From NCBI GenBank assembly GCA_965200595.1, contig CBDAUE010000004.1:20796-84795 (forward strand): a DNA stretch of 64,000 bases, in the 5' to 3' direction. Shown piece by piece: positions 9,247 to 19,482 of this stretch (the stretch's first letter is position 1; each line of letters begins with the position of its first letter). This DNA comes from Thermodesulfobacteriota bacterium. Lineage in GTDB: Bacteria; Desulfobacterota_D; UBA1144; Nemesobacterales; Nemesobacteraceae. Below the pieces are notes generated by a model. That model was not told the origin of the DNA. It made no database searches and saw only the letters and a program-made list of their open reading frames with translations. Position numbers and translations under genes: made by a program.

Positions 9247-10567
9247 AGAAGTGGACCCCAAAAATCAGACAGCACCTTAAGTGTATTTCCTTGGTATTCT
9301 AAAAGAGTATACAGGAGGTACATAATGAAGAGTAAAAGACGTAATCATTCACCGCAGTTCAAGGCAAAGGTAGCGTTTTTGGCGGTAAAAGGAGACAAGA
9401 CAGTAGCGGAGCTTGCCCGGCAGTTTGAGGTTCATCCCAATCAGATAAGCATGTGGAAGAAGAAGCAGCTCGGCAACGCCGCGGACAAAGTGTTCGGCCA
9501 GGGGGCGGGCAGCAAGGCGGCGGGCGAGAGCAAGTACGTAAACCAGCTTGAATCCAAGGTGGGCCAGCTGACGCTGGAGAACGATTTTTTATCAAAGGCG
9601 CTCGGTCGGCAGCGGCGCAAGAAGTTGGTAGTGCGCGGCCGGGCACTTTCTTTGGTAAGGCAGTGCAAACTGCTGGATATAAATCGCTCAAATATTTACT
9701 ACAAACCTGTGGGGGTATCCCCGCAGGACGAAGAGATTATGAAGAAGATTGACAGGATCTACATTAAGTATCCGTTTAAGGGTTCAAGAAGGATGGTGTA
9801 CGCCCTTAAGGCACAGGGCGTACAGGTGGGCAGAAAGCGTGTTATGAGGCTTATGGGGATACGAGGGCTTGCTCCCGGCCCCCAGACTACAAAGAAAGGG
9901 GGAGCAGAGCACAGGATATACCCGTATCTGCTGCGGGGGAAGACTGTAGAGCTTCCCGGGCAGGTATGGGCGGCAGACATAACGTATATAGAGATGAGCA
10001 GGGGTTTTGTGTATCTGTGTGCGGTAATGGACTGGCACTCGCGCAAGGTTCTTAGCTGGAGAGTGTCTAACACAATGGACAGCAGTTTTTGCGTGGAGGC
10101 TCTGGAAGAAGCGCTTTACAAGTATGATAAGCCCGAGATATTCAACACCGATCAAGGAAGCCAGTTCACAAGTGAAGAGTTTACGGGAGTTCTTAAAGAC
10201 AGAGATATAAAGATAAGCATGGACGGCAAGGGAAGCTGGAGAGACAATGTTTTTGTGGAGAGGCTTTGGAGAAGTGTTAAGTACGAGGAAGTGTATCTGA
10301 TGGCCTATGAATCTGTTGCCTCTGCAAAGGCTGGTATAGGGAAGTGGATAGATTTTTACAATGAAAAAAGACCACATCAGGGGCTTGGAATGAAAACACC
10401 GGATGAGGTTTACTATGGTCTTGGGACAGCACAGAAGAATGTGGCTTGAAGCAATGAGACAAACAGAGCAGAGAGTTTATGGTTTTGGGAGTCTTAAAGA
10501 TGGTTATGCGTTGGTAGGAATACACTTAAGAAAACAAAAATGCTGTCTAAAAAAGGGGACCACCTCT
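9247..10567 (+). mobile_element. IS3-family insertion sequence, copy 1 (1.32 kb). This is an intact simple insertion.
   Basis: Imperfect terminal IRs: AGAAGTGGACCCCAAAAATCAGACAGCA on the left, and the reverse complement of the right end is AGAGGTGGTCCCCTTTTTTAGACAGCA. A 3-bp direct repeat AAC lies at 9244-9246 and 10568-10570. The same element occurs four times in the window. Confidence 0.9.
9325..10449 (+). CDS. IS3-family transposase, with OrfA-like HTH/leucine-zipper and OrfB rve DDE domains in one continuous 374-aa frame.
   Basis: MKSKRRNHSPQFKAKVAFLAVKGDKTVAELARQFEVHPNQISMWKKKQ... then ...WAADITYIEMSRGFVYLCAVMDWHSRKVLSW...NTDQGSQFTSEEF...RLWRSVKYEE. The track ORF starts at 9229, but that is outside the IS; the ATG at 9325 with RBS GGAGG matches the other copies. 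Confidence 0.9.
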   Translation: MKSKRRNHSPQFKAKVAFLAVKGDKTVAELARQFEVHPNQISMWKKKQLGNAADKVFGQGAGSKAAGESKYVNQLESKVGQLTLENDFLSKALGRQRRKKLVVRGRALSLVRQCKLLDINRSNIYYKPVGVSPQDEEIMKKIDRIYIKYPFKGSRRMVYALKAQGVQVGRKRVMRLMGIRGLAPGPQTTKKGGAEHRIYPYLLRGKTVELPGQVWAADITYIEMSRGFVYLCAVMDWHSRKVLSWRVSNTMDSSFCVEALEEALYKYDKPEIFNTDQGSQFTSEEFTGVLKDRDIKISMDGKGSWRDNVFVERLWRSVKYEEVYLMAYESVASAKAGIGKWIDFYNEKRPHQGLGMKTPDEVYYGLGTAQKNVA

Positions 10568-10754
10568 AACAGTGTTTGTCGGTTTCTGAATATACACCGT
10601 CGCATACTTCCTTAATTTAGCGAAAAATGGCCTGGCAAGGTTGTTTTTACCCGGCCAGAAAGTTTTTTTCGGGCTGTTTGCCTAGACCAGATTCATTTCT
10701 TAAGCCCAGACCTGCCCGGTCTTACGCCCGTACCAATCAGTTAGAATTAGCCTA

Positions 10755-11969
10755 ATGAATACGCTTCTTTTGATCGATATATCATACAGGGCGATAAGGA
10801 GCAACAAGGTAAGATCGTTTCTCACCACCCTAGGCATAATCATAGGCGTTGCGGCCGTGATTTCACTGGTGTCCATAACCGGAGGAGCCAAAAACATGAT
10901 AGAGGGCCAGCTTTTGTCTCTCGGCGCTAACTCGCTTGTGATTAAAAGCGGAAAGATAACCAAGAGCGGAAAAACCAACGTTGCCGGGAACATAAAACCC
11001 TTTACCGGAAAGGATGTCGAGGCAATAAAGAGGATAGAGGCTGCAAAGTACGTCTCGGCAATATCGAACACCACAGGGAATGTGGTTTCGGGAAACAGAA
11101 ACGTCTTCACGGCATTGGTCGGAGTAGGAAAAGACTTTATCTTCATAAACGACTGGTTCCCCCAGCAAGGTACATTCTTTAACGATCTTGACGTGAGAGA
11201 AGCATCCCTTGTCTGCGTTTTGGGAGAAACCGTAAAAAACAATCTGTTCGGAAGCCAGAATCCGTTAGGGAAAAATGTCAGGATCGACAGGTACACCTAC
11301 AGGGTTATCGGGGTAATGTCTCCGATAGGCCCCACCCCGAGCGGGAAGGATCAGGACGACATAATACTGCTGCCATACACTTCCGTTCAGAAAAGAATCG
11401 TCGGTGCAAAGTCGCTTAACAGAATCACGGTTTTCGCAGACCCCGCCTACGATCTTTACTACGCCAAGGAACAAATTGAGAAAACCCTGCGCCGCACACA
11501 CGGAATAAAGGACGGAATGGATGATGATTTTTTTGTCAGAACCCAGCAGAACCAGATAAACACCATTAAAAATGTTTCAAGAATCCTAACCGTGCTCCTC
11601 GGAAGCATAGCATCAATCTCGCTTGTGGTCGGAGGAATCGGAATAATGAATATAATGCTGGTTTCGGTCGGGGAGAGAACAAGGGAGATAGGAATTCGGC
11701 TCGCGGTAGGAGCTAAGGAGAAAAGCATACTGGTACAGTTTCTGATTGAATCGGTTCTGCTGTCTCTTGTCGGGGGTGCGGCAGGAACAGTATTGGGAAT
11801 ACTGATCTCAAAGATTGCCTCGGCTTTTACTGGCTGGCCGACCCAGATATCAGTGTTATCCATACTGGTGGCTTTTCTGTTCTCGGCCGTAGTTGGAATC
11901 GTCTTTGGGATATATCCGGCAAAAAAAGCAGCTGCGCTTAATCCAATAGACGCCTTGAGGTATGAATAA
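10755..11969 (+). CDS. MacB/FtsX-type ABC transporter permease (MacB periplasmic domain plus FtsX C-terminal TM bundle). No cognate ATPase gene is adjacent.
   Basis: N-terminus MNTLLLIDISYRAIRSNKVRSFLTTLGIIIGVAAVISLVSI, and the four-TM C-terminus with IRLAVGA, are typical of MacB/LolE-type permeases. Confidence 0.8.
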   Translation: MNTLLLIDISYRAIRSNKVRSFLTTLGIIIGVAAVISLVSITGGAKNMIEGQLLSLGANSLVIKSGKITKSGKTNVAGNIKPFTGKDVEAIKRIEAAKYVSAISNTTGNVVSGNRNVFTALVGVGKDFIFINDWFPQQGTFFNDLDVREASLVCVLGETVKNNLFGSQNPLGKNVRIDRYTYRVIGVMSPIGPTPSGKDQDDIILLPYTSVQKRIVGAKSLNRITVFADPAYDLYYAKEQIEKTLRRTHGIKDGMDDDFFVRTQQNQINTIKNVSRILTVLLGSIASISLVVGGIGIMNIMLVSVGERTREIGIRLAVGAKEKSILVQFLIESVLLSLVGGAAGTVLGILISKIASAFTGWPTQISVLSILVAFLFSAVVGIVFGIYPAKKAAALNPIDALRYE

Positions 11970-12068
11970 AGAAGACCAAGGCTTGATTTTCGCTCTGCCA
12001 TATGTGAATTCCTTAGAGTTGCTCCGCAGACTGAATTCATAATATTCGTCTTCAGAAAGATCTGGAAA

Positions 12069-12488
12069 ATGAAAAAAATTTTCTTTTTATTTTGCTTTTT
12101 TCTCACATTCTCGGTTTTTTCCTACGCAAAAGAAGAAACTTATAAGACATACACCGATATAGGAGAAGTCGAGAAACCGTCTTTAACCATCTCTGAAGTC
12201 ATTTCTTCTGCAGACAAGTTTCACAAAGCAAAAATCATCCTTGAAGGGCAGGTAGGAAAACTGGAATTCAAAGAAATGGGGAACGGAAGAAAATTCACCT
12301 TGTTTCAGCTTTTTGAAGACAGTCCGGAGAAAAGAATAAATGTTTACGCAAGGGGATTTGTGGAAGGAATAGAGGAAGGCAGCAAGATAAGGATCAGAGG
12401 ACGTTACAGCAAACACAAAAGATACTTCCTGATAAAACGCAAGAACATAATGAAAGCACACAAAATACAGTTTCTTTACGACAAGTGA
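12069..12488 (+). CDS. Hypothetical secreted protein (139 aa).
   Basis: Signal peptide MKKIFFLFCFFLTFSVFSYA. No recognisable motifs. Confidence 0.45.
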   Translation: MKKIFFLFCFFLTFSVFSYAKEETYKTYTDIGEVEKPSLTISEVISSADKFHKAKIILEGQVGKLEFKEMGNGRKFTLFQLFEDSPEKRINVYARGFVEGIEEGSKIRIRGRYSKHKRYFLIKRKNIMKAHKIQFLYDK

Positions 12489-12765
12489 GCATTGCAGTTC
12501 TTGCCAGAGATTCCACCCCTTAAATGTCCTTTTTCCTGATCATGCTCTAAGCATGGTTTCTCTGCCACGCCGTACAGCAAGAGCAACCATGCCTGTTAAT
12601 CTGTCCAGATATCCGATGCCTCACTTTATTACAGAATCTGAACAAGCACTTCGGTGCCCCGGTCGACTCTGAGAGCGTGTCCTGCAGAGTTCAGTTCCTA
12701 ACGGATTTCCCTGCAGCTGTATATCCATCCTTTGCAACTTCACCTGTATTCTGAGATTGTCGCTT

Positions 12766-12921
12766 TGAATTGGCCGGCAGGTTCTTTCGAAAAGACAGGC
12801 TGTCGAGATGCCGGGTACCATTAAACATACAACTTCATTTTGGTCTACATAAGCGCGCTGGAGTTATCAGAGTCCCCGTGTGAAAGAATTTCGGTTACGG
12901 AAAAAGAACCTGCCGGCCAAT
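12766..12921. repeat. Perfect 20-bp inverted repeat flanking about 114 bp inside a 480-bp non-coding gap. It is a candidate MITE or the closing stem of a structured RNA.
   Basis: AATTGGCCGGCAGGTTCTTT lies at 12767-12786. Its exact reverse complement, AAAGAACCTGCCGGCCAATT, lies at 12902-12921. Confidence 0.5.
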
Positions 12922-12970
12922 TTCTGTAGCAGATTCGAATGGATGTATGGAAACAGAGCCGGCTGAAAAT

Positions 12971-14128
12971 TTATGTGACGCAAACCTCAATGCTGTCAAT
13001 TATCCTCTCCACCCTTTTTTCCCAAGTGTACTCCGCCGCATCCAACTTAACTGTTTTGGATATCCGCTCACAAAGCCTCTGGTCACTCAACACAAGCCCA
13101 AGAGCCTGAAAAAACTCGTCATCATTGTCGGGGGGGACCAAGACAGAGTTTTCTCCGTGTCTGAGTATTTCAAGAACCGACGGGACTGCGGTTGCAACTA
13201 TAGGCTTTGCGGCGGCCATATATTCAAAAAGCTTAAGCGGAGACGTGAACTCGCTTGCCTCGGTTCCATCTCTTATGGTCACACCGGACGAATAGGGCAT
13301 AACCAGAATATCTGAGCATCGAAGGTAGTCTGAAACTTCTCGCTGCGGTACAAACCCCTCCATTCTGAAATTTCCCACTCCCGAATCTCCAGCCATTTCG
13401 CGCCACAGCAGATTATCCCTCTCTCTGCCCCCTACAACAAGAAACTGGACATCCGGCATTCGGGCTGCAGCACGGACAAGAAGTTCAAGTCCCCTGCCCC
13501 TGTATGTGTTTCCGCAGTAACAGACTATTTTCTTCCCGAGAGGAAGACCCAGGTTCTTTCGCAATGAGGACAAATCATATTTTTCTTCCAGTGTTTTCCG
13601 CTCAACGCCGTTTGGCGCCACAAAAGGGTTTTGTCCGGCTATGCCCAGATTGGAGTATATCCTGCGAAGTCCGTCCGAGTTAAAGGACATTCCAATCAGA
13701 TTAGGAGAATGGGAAAAAGATCCTATTATTTCTGCAGCCAGCCTGTTCACCGGTGGATGGTGAGCATCATAAACGGTCGGAATACCAAAAACCTTCGTAG
13801 AGAAATAAGAAAAAATAAGATCTCTTGTAAGAACGAAATCGTAGTCTTTTCTTTTTTTTCTGGCGTAAAATGCGCTCAGCAGTCCATGCAGAGGACGTCG
13901 GGCAGGTCCACCGGCAATTGGAATTGAGGAGACTTGGAAGTCGGTGGTTATGTCGTAATATTCAAAGAGTTTTTCTTTTTCTACTCGTCCAGGCAGAACG
14001 CACTCCACCGAAATTCCGAGATTTGCCATTGCCTGGCACATCTTAAGAATGTGGATAGCACTCGCCCCTTTGGTAAAAAGCGGGTGATTCCCAACGTAAA
14101 GAGCCCTAAGTCCTGCGTATCTTTCCAT
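12971..14128 (-). CDS. Glycosyltransferase family 4.
   Basis: GT4 C-terminal motif region: VMPYSSGVTIRDGTEASEFTSPLKLFEYMAAAKPIVAT (E-x7-E type). Confidence 0.8.
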   Translation of the reverse strand: MERYAGLRALYVGNHPLFTKGASAIHILKMCQAMANLGISVECVLPGRVEKEKLFEYYDITTDFQVSSIPIAGGPARRPLHGLLSAFYARKKRKDYDFVLTRDLIFSYFSTKVFGIPTVYDAHHPPVNRLAAEIIGSFSHSPNLIGMSFNSDGLRRIYSNLGIAGQNPFVAPNGVERKTLEEKYDLSSLRKNLGLPLGKKIVCYCGNTYRGRGLELLVRAAARMPDVQFLVVGGRERDNLLWREMAGDSGVGNFRMEGFVPQREVSDYLRCSDILVMPYSSGVTIRDGTEASEFTSPLKLFEYMAAAKPIVATAVPSVLEILRHGENSVLVPPDNDDEFFQALGLVLSDQRLCERISKTVKLDAAEYTWEKRVERIIDSIEVCVT

Positions 14129-14410
14129 GCGTGATGAAACTTTATTCCCCAGTTCCCAGATTTACAGCCCCTACAGACATGCGGGAGAAAAACTTGCCTG
14201 CAGAGTGGAGGATGTGGATTTGCAAGTGAACGCGGCGTTATTCTAACCTTAGCACTGAAGATTCTTAAATCCAAACCCGCCTATAATTTCGGCTGTCCAG
14301 TAAAAATACATTTTAAATCGTGGTTTCAATACGAGTTACGCCTTTTTACAAAAGAATTTTCGAATCAGTCCGCGCTGATATAAATAGACCCGTGGAAAAA
14401 CTGCGCCTAG

Positions 14411-15589
14411 TTGTCCGAGTGCCCAGACCGTTATATGCTTAGTCAAGACATGAACGAGAACACCGGCAAGCACCCAAAAAAAATTCTTTTCGTATCCCCG
14501 AACCTGGCGGCTGGAGGAGCTCAGAGGCAGTTAATCAACATCGCTAACGGTTTGCACAAAACAGAGCATAAAGTCTCGGTTTTTTTATTCTATGCCAGAG
14601 GAGATCTCATAAACTATCTTGATGAAAATATAAAAATATTTTTTTCCTCCCGCATAAGGGTTCTGGAAAGACTGAAAGTGTTATGGGTCGTCTATGGGAC
14701 AATCAAGCTCCTCAGGGTCATTCTGGCTGAAAAACCGGATGTGCTATACAGCAGGCAGTGGCCTAAGATACCAGTAGTCATCATAGGAAAAATCCTGAGA
14801 ATCAAAACGGTTTCAGTGGAAGGAAACAACCTTGTGCATTCTCTTGTTTTGCCCAGAAGACCACTGCTGTTTCGCATCAGACGACTATGCGCACAGCTTT
14901 CGGATAAGGTGGTAACCAACTCAAAAAGCCTCGGTCACGAGGTAGAAAAAGTCTTCTGTCTTGACTCTGACGTAACCGTAATACATAACGGAATCGACAT
15001 TGAACATATAAAAAAGAAATCAAAAGAAAAACGTCAGCACAAGTGGTTTGGCAGCAAGACACCCCTGATACTCGCTATTGGTTATCTTAACAAACATGAC
15101 CAGAAGAATTTTCCCCTTCTACTCCAAGCTGTTGAAATCGTAAACAGGAAAAAACCCGCAAGACTTATAATCATCGGAAACGGCAACAAGGAAGAACTGG
15201 AAAAAATATCTGAAGAACTCTCCATAAGAGACAAAACAGACTTTTTCAACACGGTTCCTAACCCTTTTCCCTATATTGCCAAAGCCGACATCTTTGTGTG
15301 TTCCTCATCATATGAGGGACTCTCAAATGTTATCCTCGAAGCTCTGGCCCTAGGAAAGCCGATAGTATCCACGGACCACAAACACGGTGCAGACGAAATT
15401 ATCGAGAACAAAAAAAGCGGAATTCTCGTCCCCGTGGGGGACCCGCAAAAAATGGCGGATGCGATTATAGAGATTCTGGAAAACGAAGAAATGAGAAGAG
15501 ACTTAGGAAAAGAAGCTGAAAAAAGGGCGGAGAACTTCTCGGTAGACAAGATGATCTCCAGATACGAAAAACTTTTCAGCCAGATTTAA
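14411..15589 (+). CDS. Glycosyltransferase family 4. Divergent from the previous GT4 gene.
   Basis: VCSSSYEGLSNVILEALALGKPIVSTD GT4 motif. Confidence 0.8.
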   Translation: MSECPDRYMLSQDMNENTGKHPKKILFVSPNLAAGGAQRQLINIANGLHKTEHKVSVFLFYARGDLINYLDENIKIFFSSRIRVLERLKVLWVVYGTIKLLRVILAEKPDVLYSRQWPKIPVVIIGKILRIKTVSVEGNNLVHSLVLPRRPLLFRIRRLCAQLSDKVVTNSKSLGHEVEKVFCLDSDVTVIHNGIDIEHIKKKSKEKRQHKWFGSKTPLILAIGYLNKHDQKNFPLLLQAVEIVNRKKPARLIIIGNGNKEELEKISEELSIRDKTDFFNTVPNPFPYIAKADIFVCSSSYEGLSNVILEALALGKPIVSTDHKHGADEIIENKKSGILVPVGDPQKMADAIIEILENEEMRRDLGKEAEKRAENFSVDKMISRYEKLFSQI

Positions 15590-16523
15590 CACATACATCG
15601 TCTCCGAGAAAACCCGCTCTCAAGACCGGGAGACTGTCCCACGAAATCCAGAAGACAAACGCCGCAAGCCACTGCGGAAAGGGGGTTCCCAAAACAATCC
15701 CGAAACCCAACAACATGAAAAACAGGCCCGGAACTATAACTCTTCTCAGATGCTTGTTAACCAGAGCCAAAGGCGCACAGCATTCAAGCAATACTTTTAA
15801 GCCCGCCAAAACAGAACACAGCCAGACCTTGCTACCTAACCAGAAGGGCAGAAATTCTATTAGCGGGTCTGCCCTGTCACCCGCAAGCCCTTTGTTTGTG
15901 AACAAAGTCGCCATGTATTCAGAAGTAACCCACTCAAGACCTGAGTTTCTAAGCTTCGACAAGCCAGCCGCGCAGAAAACCAAAGTTATCACTACCCAGA
16001 TCAACCTTACAGGCCATTGATACGCGGAGCTTGCCCTTATTGCGCTCTGCCCAAACGGCCACCACCTGCACCTTTGCTTAAACGCGGCATCTAGCGAAAA
16101 ACCGTCGCCGCAGGAAGAAAAACACATAACACAGAATATGACGAGCATAAGCGATTCCATATGATGTGTTTTCGCGAAACTGTTTTCCATGCCAAGCAGG
16201 TAAAAACCCACCGTAAAAGAGCAAATAACACTGATACGCGTAAAAAGTCCGAAAGCACTTAACAGAAGGCTTGCAATCCACAAAAACCCCAAGAATCCAA
16301 GAATGTTCTCTGAGAAAACCGGTATATGGAAAAAATCGAAGATAAATATTGGATGCCAGAGAACATCGGGGACTTTGGACCACTGGGAAAAATCTTTTCC
16401 CAGGTAAAGACAGAAAATAATCCCGTAGAACGCAGATCTGCATATTCCCAGATTCTGAGGGGAGCGCTCTGTAAAGAAAAAATTTAAAAAAACTGAATTA
16501 AATCTTCTGAAACTATTTTTCAT
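15576..16523 (-). CDS. Polytopic membrane protein, possibly HTTM-domain (vitamin-K-carboxylase-like) family.
   Basis: Multiple TM helices. LGICRSAFYGIIFCLYLG and KTHHMESLMLVIF resemble HTTM conserved blocks. This is an inference from memory of the family. Confidence 0.45.
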   Translation of the reverse strand: MKNSFRRFNSVFLNFFFTERSPQNLGICRSAFYGIIFCLYLGKDFSQWSKVPDVLWHPIFIFDFFHIPVFSENILGFLGFLWIASLLLSAFGLFTRISVICSFTVGFYLLGMENSFAKTHHMESLMLVIFCVMCFSSCGDGFSLDAAFKQRCRWWPFGQSAIRASSAYQWPVRLIWVVITLVFCAAGLSKLRNSGLEWVTSEYMATLFTNKGLAGDRADPLIEFLPFWLGSKVWLCSVLAGLKVLLECCAPLALVNKHLRRVIVPGLFFMLLGFGIVLGTPFPQWLAAFVFWISWDSLPVLRAGFLGDDVCVKSG

Positions 16524-16631
16524 TGCTTAGAAAATCCGTATTCAGATGAATAAACCAGCGTGGTATCAGCAAGGACTTCCTGCGGCGGTGTATTGGTCCA
16601 ATCCCACTTGGCGGAGTAAAGATTCATGGAC

Positions 16632-17953
16632 AGAGGTGGTCCCCTTTTTTAGACAGCATTTTTGTTTTCTTAAGTGTATTCCCACCAACGCATAACCATC
16701 TTTAAGACTCCCAAAACCATAAACTCTCTGCTCTGTTTGTCTCATTGCTTCAAGCCACATTCTTCTGTGCTGTCCCAAGACCATAGTAAACCTCATCCGG
16801 TGTTTTCATTCCAAGCCCCTGATGTGGTCTTTTTTCATTGTAAAAATCTATCCACTTCCCTATACCTGCCTTTGCCGAGGCAACGGATTCATATGCCATC
16901 AGATACACTTCCTCGTACTTAACACTTCTCCAAAGCCTCTCCACAAAAACATTGTCTCTCCAGCTTCCCTTGCCGTCCATGCTTATCTTTATATCTCTGT
17001 CTTTAAGAACTCCCGTAAACTCTTCACTTGTGAACTGACTTCCTTGATCGGTGTTGAATATCTCGGGCTTATCATACTTGTAAAGCGCTTCTTCCAGAGC
17101 CTCCACGCCAAAAACTGCTGTCCATTGTGTTAGACACTCTCCAGCTAAGAACCTTGCGCGAGTGCCAGTCCATTACCGCACACAGATACACAAAACCCCT
17201 GCTCATCTCTATATACGTTATGTCTGCCGCCCATACCTGCCCGGGAAGCTCTACAGTCTTCCCCCGCAGCAGATACGGGTATATCCTGTGCTCTGCTCCC
17301 CCTTTCTTTGTAGTCTGGGGGCCGGGAGCAAGCCCTCGTATCCCCATAAGCCTCATAACACGCTTTCTGCCCACCTGTACGCCCTGTGCCTTAAGGGCGT
17401 ACACCATCCTTCTTGAACCCTTAAACGGATACTTAATGTAGATCCTGTCAATCTTCTTCATAATCTCTTCGTCCTGCGGGGATACCCCCACAGGTTTGTA
17501 GTAAATATTTGAGCGATTTATATCCAGCAGTTTGCACTGCCTTACCAAAGAAAGTGCCCGGCCGCGCACTACCAACTTCTTGCGCCGCTGCCGACCGAGC
17601 GCCTTTGATAAAAAATCGTTCTCCAGCGTCAGCTGGCCCACCTTGGATTCAAGCTGGTTTACGTACTTGCTCTCGCCCGCCGCCTTGCTGCCCGCCCCCT
17701 GGCCGAACACTTTGTCCGCGGCGTTGCCGAGCTGCTTCTTCTTCCACATGCTTATCTGATTGGGATGAACCTCAAACTGCCGGGCAAGCTCCGCTACTGT
17801 CTTGTCTCCTTTTACCGCCAAAAACGCTACCTTTGCCTTGAACTGCGGTGAATGATTACGTCTTTTACTCTTCATTATGTACCTCCTGTATACTCTTTTA
17901 GAATACCAAGGAAATACACTTAAGATGCTGTCTGATTTTTGGGGTCCACTTCT
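16632..17953 (-). mobile_element. IS3-family insertion sequence, copy 2, in inverted orientation. Its transposase is frameshifted.
   Basis: It has the same termini as copy 1: CCACTTCT at 17946-17953 and AGAGGTGG at 16632-16639. There is no target-site duplication (flanks GAC and CTT). Confidence 0.85.
16750..17875 (-). pseudogene. IS3-family transposase, frameshifted copy. The ORF track splits it into 267-aa and 118-aa pieces.
   Basis: Near-identical to the 374-aa transposase. The span is 1126 nt against 1125 nt in intact copies, implying a 1-nt insertion near 17072-17106. Confidence 0.8.
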
Positions 17954-18184
17954 CTTAAAAAGGGCGAAACAACGCTTGTAAGAGGATCTGACGGTGAAGT
18001 TGTCGGTGCCGCGCTAAGAACCAGAGACGGCGTTAAGCCGGTTTTCGTATCTGTTGGAAACAGAACCGATCTTGATACATCAGTTATGATTGCCCTTGAG
18101 TGTTCCCGCGGTCTCAGGATTCCCGAACCCACGAGGGTTGCCGACAAGTATGTTGGGTTGCTCAAAAAAGATGTGTGCGGATAA
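17954..18184 (+). pseudogene. nfi: Endonuclease V (nfi), C-terminal remnant truncated by IS3 copy 2.
   Basis: ...GVKPVFVSVGNRTDLDTSVMIALECSRGLRIPEPTRVADKYV matches the Nfi C-terminus (PLFIATGHR...GYRLPEPTRWAD in the E. coli enzyme). The ORF-track N-terminus is IS-derived. Confidence 0.6.
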
Positions 18185-18205
18185 TTGCGTCTTTGTCCTG
18201 AGTGT

Positions 18206-19333
18206 TCACACTGAAAAATCTTCCATCATCTCGATGAAATTTCTGAAAAGATAAGAGGAGTCATGCGGCCCGGGTGAGGCTTCGGGGTGATACTGGACGC
18301 AGGAGAGGGGATAATCTTTATGCTTCAGTCCCTCGACGGTCTGGTCGTTCAGATTTACATGAGAGACGGCGACATTGCTTTTAAGCGAATCTGGATCAAC
18401 TGCGAAACCGTGATTCTGGGAAGTTATCTCCACTTTTCCGGTCTCAAGATTCTTAACCGGCTGGTTTCCGCCACGATGTCCGAATTTGAGTTTGAAGGTT
18501 TTTCCCCCGAGCGCAAGACCCAGTATCTGGTGTCCCAGGCAGATTCCGAAAATGGGTTTTTTTCCGATGAGGTTTCTTACATTCTTCGAGGCATACTCAA
18601 CCGCGGCCGGGTCTCCGGGTCCGTTTGAGAGAAAAATCCCGTCGGGTTTGAAAGCCAGTATTTCATTAGAGTCCGTTTTCGATGGAAAAACCGTCGTTTC
18701 GCATCCAAGGTCGTGAAGTTCCCTGAGAATGTTTCTCTTTATTCCGAAGTCATAGACGGCGACTTTGAATTTTCTGGAAGGTTCGGAGTTTCTGTCCCTG
18801 CTGTGGCGCCATTTTCCCGTTCCTTCATCCCATACGTAGGGATCGGTGCAGCTTACTTCTGTTACCAGGTCGCGTCCGACTATTCCGGGCGAGGAGTCCA
18901 CTTTTCCGGCAAGAGTCTCGGGGCTTGTCTCGGCAGTTGAGATAATCCCCTTTATGGCTCCGCCAATTCTTATGATCCTTGTAAGTTCTCTGGTATCAAT
19001 TCCCTGTATGCCGGGTATTCCATGCCTTGAAAGAAAACTGTCGAGGTTTTCTTTTGATCTCCAGTTGCTCGGGCGATCCCAGTATTCCTTTACGACAAAA
19101 CCGCTTAGGTGAGGTCTTTCCGATTCAAAATCCTCGGTGTTGATTCCGTAGTTTCCTATTTCGGGATAGGTCATTACTATGATCTGACCGTTGTAGGAAG
19201 GATCTGTGAGTATTTCCTGGTAACCAGTTAGAGAGGTATTGAAAACAACTTCACCGGGTGCCTCTTTCCGGGCTCCGAAGCTTGTGCCTTCAAATACTTT
19301 TCCGCCTTCTAGCGCGAGGTAAGCTTTTTTCAT
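18206..19333 (-). CDS. carA: Carbamoyl-phosphate synthase small (glutamine amidotransferase) subunit.
   Basis: A 375-aa CarA-type N-terminal domain plus a class-I GATase ([15 protein letters not shown] catalytic Cys context). Confidence 0.9.
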   Translation of the reverse strand: MKKAYLALEGGKVFEGTSFGARKEAPGEVVFNTSLTGYQEILTDPSYNGQIIVMTYPEIGNYGINTEDFESERPHLSGFVVKEYWDRPSNWRSKENLDSFLSRHGIPGIQGIDTRELTRIIRIGGAIKGIISTAETSPETLAGKVDSSPGIVGRDLVTEVSCTDPYVWDEGTGKWRHSRDRNSEPSRKFKVAVYDFGIKRNILRELHDLGCETTVFPSKTDSNEILAFKPDGIFLSNGPGDPAAVEYASKNVRNLIGKKPIFGICLGHQILGLALGGKTFKLKFGHRGGNQPVKNLETGKVEITSQNHGFAVDPDSLKSNVAVSHVNLNDQTVEGLKHKDYPLSCVQYHPEASPGPHDSSYLFRNFIEMMEDFSV

Positions 19334-19482
19334 TGTTCAGGGGGTTAAAATATATACGCCTGTGGCAATGTCAAATGTTCTGCTGCCGCCGAGATTAACG
19401 TAATGGGTTCCGGACTGCTCAAGGCTGGGACCCTGTCTGTTTCAATTAGCAGATTATGTTGTATTATTTGTGACCCTGAGGA

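Noticed and set aside
9359-10377. Antisense ORFs (110, 75, 197, 104 aa) inside every IS3 copy; these recur at 17127-17841, 39683-40701 and 52600-53618.
   Set aside because: They are shadows of the transposase frame. They recur only because the IS is repeated. Compositionally they are Pro/Ser/Cys-rich low-complexity translations.
10403-10615. 70-aa ORF MRFTMVLGQHRRMW... spanning the right end of each IS3 copy and reading into the flank.
   Set aside because: Its C-terminus differs between copies because it depends on flank sequence. It overlaps the transposase 3' end out of frame. It is most likely not a gene.
12766-12921. 6S RNA interpretation of the long-range inverted repeat.
   Set aside because: 6S RNA closing stems are imperfect and bulged. 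A perfect 20-bp duplex fits transposon-like TIRs better. It is kept only as one alternative in the finding.
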